A stretch of 62,562 bases of DNA, counting the filler, from Chiloscyllium plagiosum (taxonomy: Eukaryota), in NCBI RefSeq assembly GCF_004010195.1. It is 6 parts of one record of this genome, joined end to end, with 100 filler letters (N's around TTAATTAATTAA, not from the genome) between each part and the next. Parts side by side here need not be neighbours in the genome. Positions count along the whole stretch, not along the records: positions 20,526 to 40,709 come from NC_057717.1; 5 more parts are not named here. The stretch is one strand, 5' to 3'. Below the pieces are notes generated by a model. That model was not told the DNA's origin and searched no databases. It saw only the letters and a list, made by a program, of their open reading frames with translations. The translations under genes were made by a program, and so were the position numbers. Shown piece after piece: positions 23,834 to 37,990 of the stretch; positions within the stretch are counted from its first letter, which is position 1, and each line of letters opens with the position of its first letter.

Positions 23834-25379
23834 GTAAGTCTCACTGTTCAGTCATTATTTCTATAAATCGTGATTGACAGTATCATCCTTGCCACTGTTA
23901 TTGTTCCTGCTAGGACTTTAATCCACATATTCACTTGACAAACCACTACTAAATTGTTAAATCACTCTCTCCCTCCTTGCGACTGGCAGTGTTACTCATG
24001 GGTCGCAATGTTAACCTGCACAGTTTCAGCTGTGATCCATGATTCGTTGTATCACTGAACTTGCTATCTAAATATTGAAAGCATTGAGGTCACTATCTTC
24101 TGTTCTGGTTACAAACTGCATTTCCTTCCTCTGTCTCCATCTCATCCCTGGCCAATATCTGAACCTGAAATAGACAAATGACAACAGTAGTGATCCCTTT
24201 GGCGATGAACCTATTCCTGACACTATATCCTGACCATCCCTAATTATAACTACTGATAAATCCAGCATATAATTCACTGGCTCATCCCATCTGCTATTTG
24301 AACCATGAGCTGTGAAATTCTTTCTAAACATGGCATTTGTCTGTTGCTGACACTCGCAGTTGCAACCTGCAGAAACAAATCTGCGTCAATACTCCACAGC
24401 TCATATCTGATATCACACAGAACTCCCCATCCTCATATTTCAACAACATGCTCTGTTTCTGTCTGAATTGTCCGTTTCTATCGATAATGTGAATGTCTCT
24501 GTACATCTGTATCTTTCCCTGGCCTTGTTTTTTGGTTGTGCGTTGTATTGAATACTGGCATTATGAAGTTCAGAAATAATGTAATTGTGTGTGTCAGGCT
24601 ATTGTTCACTTCCCGCTTTGTCCCATGTGTTACTCCATGGACGGGGAGTGTGTGTTGGGCTGTTGTTCACTTCCTGGTGTGTCTCTTGAGGTGGTTCATA
24701 AAGAGGTGTGTGTGTGCGTGTGTGTGCAGGACAGCTGTTCCCTTCTCGGTGTGTCCCACATCGTGCTCCATGTTGAACAGGGAGTTTCAGCATNNNNNNN
24801 NNNNNNNNNNNNNNNNNNNNNNNNNNNNNNNNNNNNNNNNNNNNNNNNNNNNNNNNNNNNNNNNNNNNNNNNNNNNNNNNNNNNNNNNNNNNNNNNNNNN
24901 NNNNNNNNNNNNNNNNNNNNNNNNNNNNNNNNNNNNNNNNNNNNNNNNNNNNNNNNNNNNNNNNNNNNNNNNNNNNNNNNNNNNNNNNNNNNNNNNNNNN
25001 NNNNNNNNNNNNNNNNNNNNNNNNNNNNNNNNNNNNNNNNNNNNNNNNNNNNNNNNNNNNNNNNNNNNNNNNNNNNNNNNNNNNNNNNNNNNNNNNNNNN
25101 NNNNNNNNNNNNNNNNNNNNNNNNNNNNNNNNNNNNNNNNNNNNNNNNNNNNNNNNNNNNNNNNNNNNNNNNNNNNNNNNNNNNNNNNNNNNNNNNNNNN
25201 NNNNNNNNNNNNNNNNNNNNNNNNNNNNNNNNNNNNNNNNNNNNNNNNNNNNNNNNNNNNNNNNNNNNNNNNNNNNNNNNNNNNNNNNNNNNNTGTTTGA
25301 ATACAATCCTGCTTCTGTTGCTGCTGCTGGCTATAGCATCACGTGATAGCCCAGTTTGAGCTGCAATATCTGCAATTCA

Positions 25380-25800
25380 ATTCTACTGACTCTCCCCCAG
25401 TTCACATCGAGACCCATTCACCCATCAGCCGTGCACTCAGTGACCTCACCTGGTGTCTGATACGGTAATATTTCCATTTTAATATTCTCATTCTGCTGAG
25501 GGCTATCCTTGGTGTCATGCTTCCAATTTGTTACATTACTCAAACCCTTTAACATATTCATCTGAATCGTTTCCTTTCTCGTAATGCCATCTTCTGCGTT
25601 TGAATTGAATGTGTTTCCCTCTGGTTTTCTCCCTGACCATGATTAAGAGCTCTGTGGTGTCAGTGATGCCAGCCTTATGCAGTTTCTGAGCGAATGAATG
25701 TGTGCACTTTGCGTTATCGTTCAGTTCCCAGTGTAGGGCGCTCTGTGTTGGACAGGGCGTTTGAGCAGCTTTCACACACGTCATTGAAACTTGTTCAAAA
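25380..25800 (+). mobile_element. Possible old L2-type LINE 3' relic
   Basis: PISRALSDLTWCLI...FHFNILIL resembles L2 PI.PVL.DLHWLPV..RI.FKIL. Confidence 0.4.
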
Positions 25801-28800
25801 ACAGAAATTGCTGAAGAAACCAAACACGTCTGGCGGCGTCTTCTTTAGTGAATGTACAGTTAATCTTTCGGGTCCAGTGACCCTCTACAAAGCTCGCAGT
25901 TTCTCCAGCAATGTTTGTATTTATTTCCAGTATCCATAGTTATTTTTTTAATTGAAAATTTTTGCTGTGCCTATTCGTTTCTGGAGAAACTCAGCAGGAC
26001 TGGCAGAATCTGCAGAGACAGAGAAACAGTGTTGGCGTTACAAGCCCAGTGTGACTTGTTCAGAACTGAAAAAGGTTGGAAACTGGGCTTTGTAATCCCT
26101 TGCCGGTGATGGGGGATGGGTGACTTGGAAAAGAGGGCGTAGCAAAAGATAAACAAGCTATTAGCAGTGGTGAACGAGAAGATGGTGCAAAATGTGTTTC
26201 AATTAAGGTGCGAATGGGGGAAAGGGGTTCTCTCTAACTGAGTGTAATATAAAGAAGACACAACCACACAAGGTCATAGGGAGAACAAAAGGAAGAATGT
26301 TGACGATGTGGTATTAAATAGATCTAGATCTATACGTTTTGATAGTACACATCATCACTGCCTTCATACTATGGAATTCAGGTGCTTGACCTCCTATTAG
26401 CTCGAGTAAGAGCTTCATGCTGCCTTAGTTTGGTAACATAAAACAAATCGAACAGTATGACGTTTAGGTTGCTTTCTTTACCTGTCATTTTTAATATTCT
26501 TTCCAATTTGCAGTGCTTATCGTTAAACGTTTGATCTTGAAGTTAGTATCAGATGGAGCGTACGAGTTTGAGGGGTGGCATTCTAGACGTTTATAATATC
26601 ATAAGAGACATGGATAGAGTGAATAGCGAAGGTCTTTCCTGCAGGTTCGCGGAGTTCAATAACAAATGCATAGCTTTAAGGTAGAAGGGGGAAACTTGAA
26701 AGGGACAAAGTGACAACATTTTTTGCACAGAGGGCGATGTACGTACGGAATGAGCTGCCAGAGAAACAGTGGTAGATGCTTGTACAGCTGGAATATTTCA
26801 AAGACATTTGGACCAACATATGAATGGGAAACGTTTTAAGGCATATGGGCCAGGTGCAAGCAGATGGGATTAGTTTAGTTAAGAAAACCTGGTCAGCATA
26901 GACCAAATGGTCTGTTTGTGCACGATATGACTGTATGAATCTAGAAAGTGAGGAAAATGTACGAAAATATATGATGTAATAAATTGGAAAGAAATATAAA
27001 AACATGCATCATGAGCTTTCGTATCTACTTAAAAAAAGCTTGAAGATGTGTGTGTGAGCTGAAGCAGAAGTGAAGTGAGGAAAGTACATTGAGGCCATTA
27101 GGAGGGTGTGACTGGAGAACTGACCTCAGGGAACAGGCAGATAATTTACATTAGTATTTTAAATCACTCCTCATGGGGAAAGTACTGTAAGCATGTCAAT
27201 GGTATAAACAAAATGGTAATAGGAGGGAAGTTCTAGAACTGTCTCTAACAAAAGGAACAAGGTTTTTAACTAACAGATAAGAATAAGGGTAGGCAGGTCA
27301 GCAGTAATTCATAGTTAATTTTAAAGGAAGTGGTCACAGAATGACTAGCNNNNNNNNNNNNNNNNNNNNNNNNNNNNNNNNNNNNNNNNNNNNNNNNNNN
27401 NNNNNNNNNNNNNNNNNNNNNNNNNNNNNNNNNNNNNNNNNNNNNNNNNNNNNNNNNNNNNNNNNNNNNNNNNNNNNNNNNNNNNNNNNNNNNNNNNNNN
27501 NNNNNNNNNNNNNNNNNNNNNNNNNNNNNNNNNNNNNNNNNNNNNNNNNNNNNNNNNNNNNNNNNNNNNNNNNNNNNNNNNNNNNNNNNNNNNNNNNNNN
27601 NNNNNNNNNNNNNNNNNNNNNNNNNNNNNNNNNNNNNNNNNNNNNNNNNNNNNNNNNNNNNNNNNNNNNNNNNNNNNNNNNNNNNNNNNNNNNNNNNNNN
27701 NNNNNNNNNNNNNNNNNNNNNNNNNNNNNNNNNNNNNNNNCACACACGTCATTGGAACTTGTTCAAAAACAGAAATTGCTGAAGAAACCAAGCACGTCTG
27801 GCGGCATCTTCTGTAGTGAATGTAGAGTTAATCTTTCGGGTCCAGTGACCCTCTACAAAGCTCGCAGTTTCTCCAGCAACTTTTGTATTTATTTCCAGTA
27901 TTCATAGTTTTTTATAATTGAATTTTTTGCTGTGCCTATTCGTTTCTGGAGAAACTCAGCAGGACTGGCAGAATCTGCAGAGACAGAGAAACAGTGTTGG
28001 CGTTACAAGACCAGTGTGACTTGTTCAGAATTGAAAAAGGTTGGAAACTGGGCTTTGAAATCCCTTGCCGGTGATGGGGGATGTGTGACTTGGAAAAGAG
28101 GGCGTAGCAAAAGATAAACAAGCTATTAGCAGTGGTGAACGAGAAGATGGTGCAAAATGTGTTTCAATTAAGGTGTGAATGGGGGAAAGAGGTTCTCTCC
28201 AACTGAGTGTAAGATAAAGAAGACACAACCACACAAGGTCATAGGGAGAACAAAAGGAAGAATGTTGACCATGTGGTATTAAATAGATCTAGATCTATAC
28301 GTTTTGATAGTATACATCATCACTGTCTTCATACTATGGAATTCAGGTGCTTGACCTCCTATTAGCACGAGTAAGAGCTTCATGCTGCCTTAGTTTGGTA
28401 ACATAGAACAAATTTTTAATATTCTTTCCAATTTGCAGTGCTTATCGTTAAACGTTTGATCTTGAAGTTAGTATCAGATGGAGTGTACGATTTTGAGGGG
28501 TGGCATTCTAGACATTTATAATATCATAAGAGACATGGATAGAGTGAATAGCGAAGGTCTTTTCTGCAGGTTCGGGGATTTCAAACACAAATGCATAGCT
28601 TTAAGGTAGAAGGGGGAAACTTGAAAGGGACAAAGTGACAACATTTTTTACACAGAGGGCGATGTACGTACGGAATGAGCTGCCAGAGACACAGTGGTAG
28701 ATGCTTGTACAGCTGGAATATTTCAAAGACATTTGGACCAACATATGAATGGGAAGCGTTTTAAGGCAAATGGGCCAAGTGCAAGCAGATGGGATTAGTT

Positions 28801-29287
28801 TAGTTAAGAAAACCTGGTCAGCATAGACAAGTTGGACCAAATGGTCTGTTTGTGCACGATATGACTGTATGAATCTAGAAAGTGAGAAAAATGTACGAAA
28901 ATATATGATGTAATAAATTGGAAAGAAATATAAAAACATGCATCATGAGCTTTCGTATTTACATAAAAAAAGCTAGAAGATGTGTGTGTGAGCTGAAGCA
29001 GAAGTGAAGTGAGGAAAGTACATTGAGGCCATTAGGAGGGTGTGACTGGAGAACTGGCCACAGGGAACAGGCAGATAATTTACATTAGTATTTTAAATCA
29101 CTCCTCATGGGGAAAGTACTGTAAGCATGTCAATGGTATAAACAAAATGGTAATAGGAGGGAAGTTCTTGAACTGTCTCTAACAAAAGGAACAAGGTTTT
29201 TAACTAACAGATAAGAATAAGGGTAGGCAGGTCAGCAGTAATTCATAGTTAATTTTAAAGGAAGTGGTCGCAGAGTGACTAGCGGCA
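25776..29287 (+). repeat. Local tandem duplication (25776-27349 vs 27741-29287), about 1.97 kb period
   Basis: Near-identical sequence with small indels; paired ORFs 25971/27936 and 26676/28601; each copy has a CR1 3' fragment (about 26575-26945 and 28500-28880). Confidence 0.85.
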
Positions 29288-30530
29288 CTGTGTGAAATAT
29301 TCCATAACTCTCTGGATTGCAGGAGTGTTCCAGTGAAACTGGAGAATCTCCAATGTGGTGTCTGTCTTCAAGAAAGGAATGAGACAGAAGGCAGGAACAA
29401 TTTAGCCCAACCATTATTGCTGGGAATATGCTAGAACCTGTTATTAAGGAAGGAATTGCAGGGCACTTAGAAAAGCTTAATGCAGAGTTGGCATGGTTTT
29501 ATGAAGGGGAAACTATTTTTGTTCTGTAAAATCATACAAATTATATTCTGGAGATCCCTGAGAATGTCAAGATTAGAGTCATGCTGGAAATGCATAGCAT
29601 GTCAGGCAGCATCCAAGGAGCAGGAAAATAAATGTTTCAGGCAGGAGCCCTTCATCAGGAACCCCTGAGAAAGTCACAAGCAGATTTGATAAAGGGCACT
29701 GGTCAACATGAGGCTTTCCAGAAAGTTTTCTCAAGGTATCACAATACAAACGTTCTGACACAAGACAGAGGCTCGTAGTATGATGAATAATATATTAGCA
29801 TGGGATGACAGTTGTTTAACACATAGAAATCGGAGAGTCAGGATTAATGGATCTTTATGATAAAAACGTATCTAACGGATTACCACAAATAACCGATGGG
29901 ATCAGTTATTTACAATTTATACTGACAGCCTGACGGCGGGAGCTGAGTGCAATATACATCCGAGTTTGTGGATGACACTGAGAACCAAAATACAGGCTGT
30001 TATTTAATGAAGAGGACGCCCAAAAAAGGAGCAGTACAAAGGGTTTGGAGTGTTCTTGTGTTTGAATCATAACGTCAGCATGCTTATGCAGCAAGTAACT
30101 AAGTTGGTTCATGAGGCAGCTTCCAGGGATGAAAGGATTGAATTATTGAATACATCTAAAATGGTGAGGCGAATATTCATTGCGGTTGAAATGAATGAGG
30201 GTTATATTACTTAAATGTATAAGATACAGAGGGGGGTTGTCAAGGTAAATGCTGAGAAGGTGTTTCCCCTGAGTCTCGAACTCGAGGCGGTAGATAACGA
30301 ATAAGGAACATCGATTTCAATCTGAGGTGAAAAATGATGCACTCTCTCAGAAGGTAGTGGACGTCTGGAATTCCCTAACCTAGAGAGTTGTGGAGGGATA
30401 CAGGGAATTGGGTAGGAAAGTGGAGTTGAGACCGGAAGTACATAAGTCATGTTCTTATTGAATGAGAGTTCAGGCCTGAGGGGGCGAATAGCCGACTCAT
30501 GTTCCTACTTCTTTAGTTTTTATGTTATGA
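29280..30530 (+). mobile_element. Old CR1 RT-to-3' relic with inserted Penelope-like fragment (29560-29663, minus-strand hammerhead motif)
   Basis: WRISNVVSVFKKG..QSWHGFMKGK; insert reverse complement CTGATGA-AGGGCTCCTGCCT-GAAAC; 29676 onward duplicates 14766 onward. Confidence 0.7.
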
Positions 30531-30893
30531 TTTTGGAAAGTAATTAGTTATTTTCCTGGAAGTCGTGTTGTACAATGTTGCATTCGTGAAAGGAGAAAAT
30601 TTGCCTGAGTTAACCCTGGATGGGATATGGGGGCAATCTTCAGAGCTATTCCAGAGCAGAAGTTACAGAGCGGGGAAGTCTGGAAAAAGGGATTGCGGCT
30701 GGGGATCACTTCTGCCCAAGCCTGGAATTTCCAAGTGCATTTCCGAAACTACACTTCACCATCGGCGTGGCCTCGATCTGCCTGTGTGTAGCAGGTCTGA
30801 AGGGTTGAATCGAACATCAGAACAAAGGGCTGAGGGACACGAGTGGGCCAATCAGCACTTTGACACTACTCCACTCGTAAATAAGGTCATAGT

Positions 30894-31200
30894 GGGCGGC
30901 ACGGTGGCACAGTGGTTAGCACTGTTGCCTCACAGTACCAGAGACCGCGTTCAATTCCGGCCTCAGGCGACTGACTGTGTGGAGTTTGCAAGTTCTCCCC
31001 GTGTCTGCGTGGGTTTCCTCCGGGTGCTCCCGTTACCTCCCACAGTCCAAAGATGTGCAGGTGAGGTGAATTGGCCATGCTAAATTGCCTGTAGTGTTAA
31101 GTGTAGGGGTATGGGTGGGTTGTACTTTGGTGGGTCGGTGTGGACTTGTTGGGCCGAAGGGCCTGTTTCCACAGTGTAATGTATTCTAATCTAATCTAAT
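30894..31200 (+). mobile_element. HE1-type V-SINE (duplicate of 15983-16280)
   Basis: Same head, V-domain, tail and flanks as 15983 copy. Confidence 0.9.
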
Positions 31201-31609
31201 ATGGCTCTTCTCATTGTGCTCCCAGCTGCACTTTTCTCTCCATGCAGCATTATCCCTGATTCATCTGTCTACGAAAAATCAGACAAAGCCATAAGAATAT
31301 TATATAATATTAATATAAAGATTCAGCCATCCCAAACTTCTGGGAAAGAGAATTCCCACTTGAATGAAATCCCACTTTGTGAATTTTTCCTCACTCCGGC
31401 TCTGACTGTGGTTGGAGGGTGTCACTGTTTCCTTTTCTAGTACCGCTCCTCCACTGCTCACAACAAATTTGAAATGTAACCAGGTTGGTGAAATGACCGA
31501 TGATAAAGGTCTCAGACTGGGTCAGGTTTAGCGATAGGAACAAGTCAGGCAGATTTCTTTTATCAGCCGCAGGTAACAAATAGGGCTAACGGAGCAGCAT
31601 GTTAGATTT

Positions 31610-31935
31610 GTGGTTCGTACTGCTGCCTCATATCAACAAGCAGCTGAACTCAATTCCAACCTCGTCCGACACTCTATGTGGAGTTTGAACATTCTTCCCG
31701 TGTCTGTGTGGGTTTCTTCCCAGTTCTCCAGTTTCCTCCCACAGTTCAAAGATATACTGCTTAGTTTGATTGGCCATGCTAAATTACCCAATGTAACCAG
31801 GGATGTGTAGGTTAAGTGAGTTAGTCATGGGAAATGCAGGGTAACGTGGATAGGGATTGGGGGACAGGTCTGGATAGGATAATGTTCGGTGGATTGTTGT
31901 GGACTCGATGGGTCGAATGTCCTGCTGCCACACTG
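31610..31935 (+). mobile_element. Diverged V-SINE (duplicate of 16690-17012)
   Basis: V-domain; same flanks as 16690 copy. Confidence 0.8.
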
Positions 31936-32426
31936 GGGGGGTTCAATGACAACGTCATCAAGATTGGGCTAGACAAACTCCCAGTCAGTGTATACCTGAT
32001 GCACTCGCCTCAAGACTTTGTATATTTCAATAAGATCAGCTCTCATTCCAAGGGTAGCCTGTTAAAGTCGCCATAATATCAGCCCTTCATGCTGGAATAA
32101 ATGAAGTGAAACATCTATGAACTGCTTCCAGTGTTACTATATCCTTGCTCAGATACGACTGCAAAAATAAAGCTAATCTTACACATCGATGAGTCGGTTT
32201 ATTTTTGTTTTCTCAGAGTGCAGTGAGTCTTATGACACTTCCCACAGAACATGGGAGGCAGAGATATTGAATACTTTTGAGGCAAGGTTCACGAATCACA
32301 AAGGAGTGAAGGATTATCGAGCAGCAATGTGCAGTGTTGGGGAAACTGTAGACAGTGGTACTGAATGACACGGCTCCAGAATATCCAGGAATTAAACGAA
32401 ATGGATAACATCGATAAATTTTTAAA

Positions 32427-35400
32427 GGGAAAACCAGATGGCAGCGATCTGGATGGTCTGCTTTGCTGAGCTCTGCATCACAGTAGTGCTCTACCCCACC
32501 CCACCACATTCATTTACTTAAAAGTCAACACTAAAAGAGTTACAGAATCCTTACTAATGCCAACTTGTCAAGTGGAAATGACAAAACATGGGAAAGGATC
32601 GACTAAGTCCCAACACGCAGGGGATCCGTCAGAAGCTGTCAGCATGCCTGTGACCTCACCTGTAACCCACTCTGCTCGTTCCATGGACCCAGTTCCTCAT
32701 CAGGCCTTGGTCACTGAGTTCACCAAGTTACATGAAATGATTGAAGCCATGATTGAAGAAAAGTTCAGCAGGAGGCTAGAACCACTCTCAGACGTGCTCC
32801 AAAAAATATGAACAGCAAATTGAACGTTTTGGAAACAGAACGGATGAGGTCGAGCATCAAACTGCAGGGGCAGAGTCTGTAATCGATTCCTCTAAGGAGC
32901 GGATCCGCGCCCTTGGAAAACAGGTCCGTACCTTAACTGAACAAGGTGACGACCTCGAAAACAGGGGCAGATGAAGAATGTTCATATCATCGGTCTGCTG
33001 GAGACATAAGGTGTTCAGCCAGTGAGTTTTTTTCGAGAACTGGCTGCCGTGTTCCTTCACTTCGAAGCTGAAGAGGGACGGGTGAAGAGTGAAACAGTTC
33101 ATCGGGTTACGGAGCGCAGGCCAGACTCAGACCAACGCCTTCACCCTGTCCTTGTGCGATTACGTAGTTGCAGAGGCAATCCAGAACACAGGGAAAAGAT
33201 TCGACGAGGGCTCCAGGATTATGTTCTTCCAGGTCGTTTCAGCGGCAGTGATTCAGAAAAGAAAATATTTTGATGATATCAAGAGAGGATTAAGGGAATT
33301 TGAGATTCAGTATTCCTCAATGAACGCAGCGGTGCTCCGTATGCTTTCAATAGATCTACGCATTGGTGGATCTTTCAGTAGATCCTTGACGCTCCAGAGG
33401 ACGCGAAAACTTTGTGGACACTATAAAGCAGGCTGGATGCTTTAATGGATATCGATAATCATGTTTCTCTCGTTTTAAAGAACGTTTGTTGAATCTTTCT
33501 TGTATTAAGTAATGTTAAATTACAGTCAGGGATGGGTAGAGTACACACTTTTAACTTGATTAATATTAATACTCGTTTTTCTCTTGCTTAGTTTGTGTGT
33601 CGGGTTTGGTTCAAGCTGGAGGGAGTTATGAAGGTGATCATGATGACTGAATGTCTACCAAAGGGCAGTTTATTTCCTGGATGCCGTATTGATAATGGGG
33701 CAGAAGATAAAGATCTTTGACGTGCAAATGCCCCCAGTTGGGTGGGGGGAGGTTTAATGCCCCTTCCTAGTGCCATTGGCACTTTGTAGCCAGTTTTTTG
33801 TTTGTTTTTATATGTATTTAGTTATAGAACGTTTTGAAAGCTTGTTAGTTGTAGTAGTTTTAGTTAGTTTTTTTTTAGGTTCAATGAGTCTTTTTTCATT
33901 GATGCTCAGCGATTTGTAATTCGAGTTCTTCCTCTCTGGATTTCAAATGTTGTTCTAGTGTGTTATGGCTAATGTCGTGCTTAAATGATGTATCTGGAGC
34001 ATAAAGGGGAAGCAGTTAAGAGGAAAAAGGTACTTTCTAGCCTTAACAAGGAGAGGGTGGTTCTTGTCCTATTGAGGAGATGCACCTTGATGACAAGGAA
34101 CATTTGACATTACAGCAGGGTGGGTTTGATCAGGTTTATTTCTCGTCTTTTAACACTAGGAGTAGGAGAGAAGCAATACTGGATAGGAAGAATCTTCCAT
34201 TTAAATTACGAGATTGTATTAGGCACCCACGGAGGATCATAATCCTCAAACATATATGGGGAAGAAATGGTATTTTGAATGCTTATTGCCCCCGGTGCAC
34301 AGCCTTAAATTGCTGGGAGATGCATTTTCCAAATTAAGTAACCTTTCTTCGCAGCACATTATTGTAGGAGGAGACTTTAATTGTCTTTTGCACCCACGGT
34401 GGACAGAATGCCCAAAATCCCCAGTACCATCTTTACGATCTAAGCAATTAGTGGGGTTTTGTGTGGAACTGGGGTTGGTGGATGTTTGGAGGCCGATTTA
34501 CCTCATAGATAGGGATTTTGCTTTCTTCTTTAACACGCAGAAATGCCACACCAGGGTTGATCTCTTCCACACCTTGCAGCAATCTTCAATTCAGTGGGGT
34601 TCTTTACAATTGGGAATATTACCATTTCTGACCACGCAACAGTGTACTTATTAGTTAAGTTTAAGGGCAATAAAGCAGGTTCGAGACACTGGCGAATGGA
34701 TCCTTTTATTTTTAAGGATAGTAAGTTCATTGAGTATTTTTGTAATAAATTCAGATCTTCCTTAGCCATTAATTCAGATTCAACCAGTAACACATCCATT
34801 CTATCGAAAATTGCTACGGCTTATGCCAAAGGAATAATTCCTTAGGATGCAGCAGAAGCTGGAGCAGGAACGCTTGCTCCAGGCACGGTTGAAGGCAGCT
34901 GAGAGGGCATACTGTGATAGACCCTCGGTGGCTAGGCTGCAGAGGATCACAACGCTTCGGTCTGCGGTGAATTCCATGCTCACACAGACAGCCAAGAAGG
35001 AACTTACTTTTGCAAACCAAAGGCTGTTTGAGCATGGTGATAAGCTGGGCAAATATTTAGCCTATCTTGCGAGGAAAAAGAGAGCTCTGAAGCCATTACC
35101 TCAATTAGGTAAGGTACTAGAACCCTTATCTGAAATCCCATAATGGTTAAAGCAGCATTTCGGAGATTTTTCTCCGAATTATATCAGACTGAGCATTATG
35201 AGGATAGGTGGACTACGATAGAGTCTTTCTTCAAGAACTTGGATCTTCCAGCGGTAACCCCCAAATACGTGTCTTGCCTTAATGCACGATTGTCAGTGCT
35301 GGAGGGTGTAAAGCAGTTTCAGGGCGGAAAGGCGCCAGGTCCTGACGGATTTCCAAGTGAATTTTATGTGGAATTTATAAACCTATTGTCGGGCCCGATG

Positions 35401-37990
35401 CTTACCATGTTAGTCACTCACAAAGTCACGACTGCCTCCCACCATCCTTAAGAGAGGTTCATGTCTCTCTTATTCTAAAGAAAACGAAGACACCGGAAAG
35501 TTTTGCTTCTTCTTGGCCCATCTCACCTTTAAATGTTGATTTCAAAATCCTGTCTAAGACCCTTGCATTACGGCTGGAAAATGTGTATCCTTCCATTGTC
35601 AAACTGGACCACACCAGCTTATAAAGGGCTGCAGATGTACTAACAATATTAGGGAATTACTCAATATGGTCCCAGCATGACCAGAACAAATTATACAGGT
35701 ATTAGAGATCCCTTTAGACGGAGAGAAGGCATTTCATTGGGTTGAGTGGCTCTATCTCTTCTATATGTTAGAATGGTTTGATCGAGGCAAAGTTTTTATC
35801 AAGTGGGTGAGGGTCCTTGAAAGCGATCCTCTGGCCACGTTTCTCACCAATGTTGTGCGATCCCATAACATTAATATTGCTCGAGGCAGTCCAAGGTAGA
35901 CTCCTTTCGCCAATGTTGTTGACGTTGGTGATTAAGCGACTGGTGAAGACCATCTGCAGGGAGCCCAATATATCTGCCCCAGAAGTGGGAGAGAAGTCAC
36001 GTAAGATTGCATTGTCTGCAGATGATGGTTTAATATTTTTGTTCAATCCCACAGTTTTGGTACCTCATCTCATGTAATGCATCAGTTCGAATGGTGCCTT
36101 TTCTGGCTATACCATTAATTTTACAAAGTCTCAGGCCATATCTAGGGGCGATCTTGGGGAAATACCTGATGTTGATGGAGAATCCTGATTTCCTTTTCAA
36201 TGGTCCTGGGGGTTTGGGAGTATTCCCTATTTAGTTATATTCATTAATCCTATCTTTGAACTAATATTTAACGTGGAATTCATCCATTTGTTTGACAAAA
36301 TTAAACAAAACCTTCGAAGATGGGAGACACTTCCAATATCCTGGCTAGGTCAGATAGCTCTTATTAACATGAATTCTCTCCCTTGTTTGCCATACCCCTT
36401 TCTTTGATGTTTCCCAGGCAGACATTTAGGAGACAAAATGGATGATTTAGCTTTGTGATTTGTCACCATAAGCTACCCGATATCATGTTAACAAAATTAC
36501 AACGACCCCACAGTTTGTGTGGAGTAGTTCTCCCGGATATTAAAAGCTTTCAATTAAGCTCTTCTTTACCCGATGTTAGTGAGGCCTCGGAATCAATATG
36601 GTTAGATATTGAAGCTTCTCAGGCAAAGTGCTCCCTTATTAGTCTGCTATTCATAGACAAAATGTGGACAGGTACGAAGTATTGCCATTTCCCAATGAGT
36701 ATCAATAATTTTAAAGTAGGAGGGCAATGTGTCCGATCGAGGGCAATATAGCTAAACCTCATTGCTTATCCCGAAATGTGGTGTATCGTGTTTCTGACGG
36801 GGGATACAGGATTTCATGTTTAAACTATGGGCAACTTGTGGGTGTATCTTGCTTTCATGATTTACCTGAGGGAGAAACAAGGATGTCCTTTGATCAAATA
36901 AGTCGTAACTATAGACTACCGAGTAGAGATCTCTTCAGTTTTCTTTTCATCATATCAGAGATGTTATTCAAAAAAGAACCACACTTTTAACAGACCCATA
37001 CAGATCTGATACAGAGAAGAGGGTGCTTAGTGCTAAGAACACACTCTCTGTCAGTACCCTTTACCATTTGTTGGAGAGTGGCCCCTCAGACGAGTCTTTG
37101 TGCCTTTCTGAGGTCTGCAAAGAGTTTTGGGGTTCAGATCTCTTCGGACACAAGGGAGGATATTTGTGAAAATGCAAGAAGGATTTCGATCTGTAAGAAG
37201 ACTCTTGCCATGTAGTTTAAGATTCTTCATATAGTTGGCCCCAGATACTCTCTCAAAATTCAAGGTGGGACTATGTCTTAAATACAGAATGACTATGAGC
37301 ACTCTGACGCATTGCTTGTTGACCTTCCACCAGCGCTACAGGAGCAGTGTGTTCGATGGGATGGAAAGGATATTGGAGACCGAATTGGAGATGGATCAAG
37401 TTTCTCTTTTCCTGGGTCTGCCCAGTCTACCTTACTCAGATGTGCATATGAAAAAAATACTTCGACAGCCTCACTCTCTGTGTTCAGGTAAAAAGTTCTG
37501 TTGTGTTGGGTTTCTGAAAACCCCCTGGGTCTATTGGGTTGTCGTAACATCGTCATGAAGCATAGCTCTTTGGACTTTTTTAAAGGTATATCGCACCAGA
37601 AAATAAAGGACTTTTATAAGACATGGCGGCCCTTTTTGAATTACCAAGATACAGGCTGATCTGCCACTCTAATAAGGACTTTTATATAGCTATGACGATC
37701 TTGACTAATGAATCTAATGTCCAGAGAGGAAGAATTACGAACGAATGAACGTGTGTTAGTTAAGGCTCTTGAAGGTTGAGAGCTATAGTTTTGTTACACT
37801 GAGTTCTACTATTCGTTTTTTAATTATTTAAAATTTTTCTTCGGTCCGTTGATTTACCTTGTTTTTTTTTGTGTACATGCACATGGGTGTAATTGTGTTC
37901 AATTTGTATTGTTTTTTCAGTTAGGTACTTATTGGTTCACTGAAGCATTAAAAAGATTTTCTCTGAATAAAAATATTTTTGAAAAATTAA
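32427..37990 (+). mobile_element. Near full-length decayed L1 LINE (5'UTR, ORF1, spacer, ORF2 EN-RT, 3'UTR)
   Basis: 5' GGGAAAACCAGATGGC; ORF1 about 32557-33425; ORF2 from about 33965 with GGDFNC, GKAPGPDGF, LNVDFKILSK, ALSADD, TWRPF; AATAAA near 37966; possible TSD AAATGGATAACATCGATA / AAATGTTGACATCGATA; many stops and frameshifts. Confidence 0.92.
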
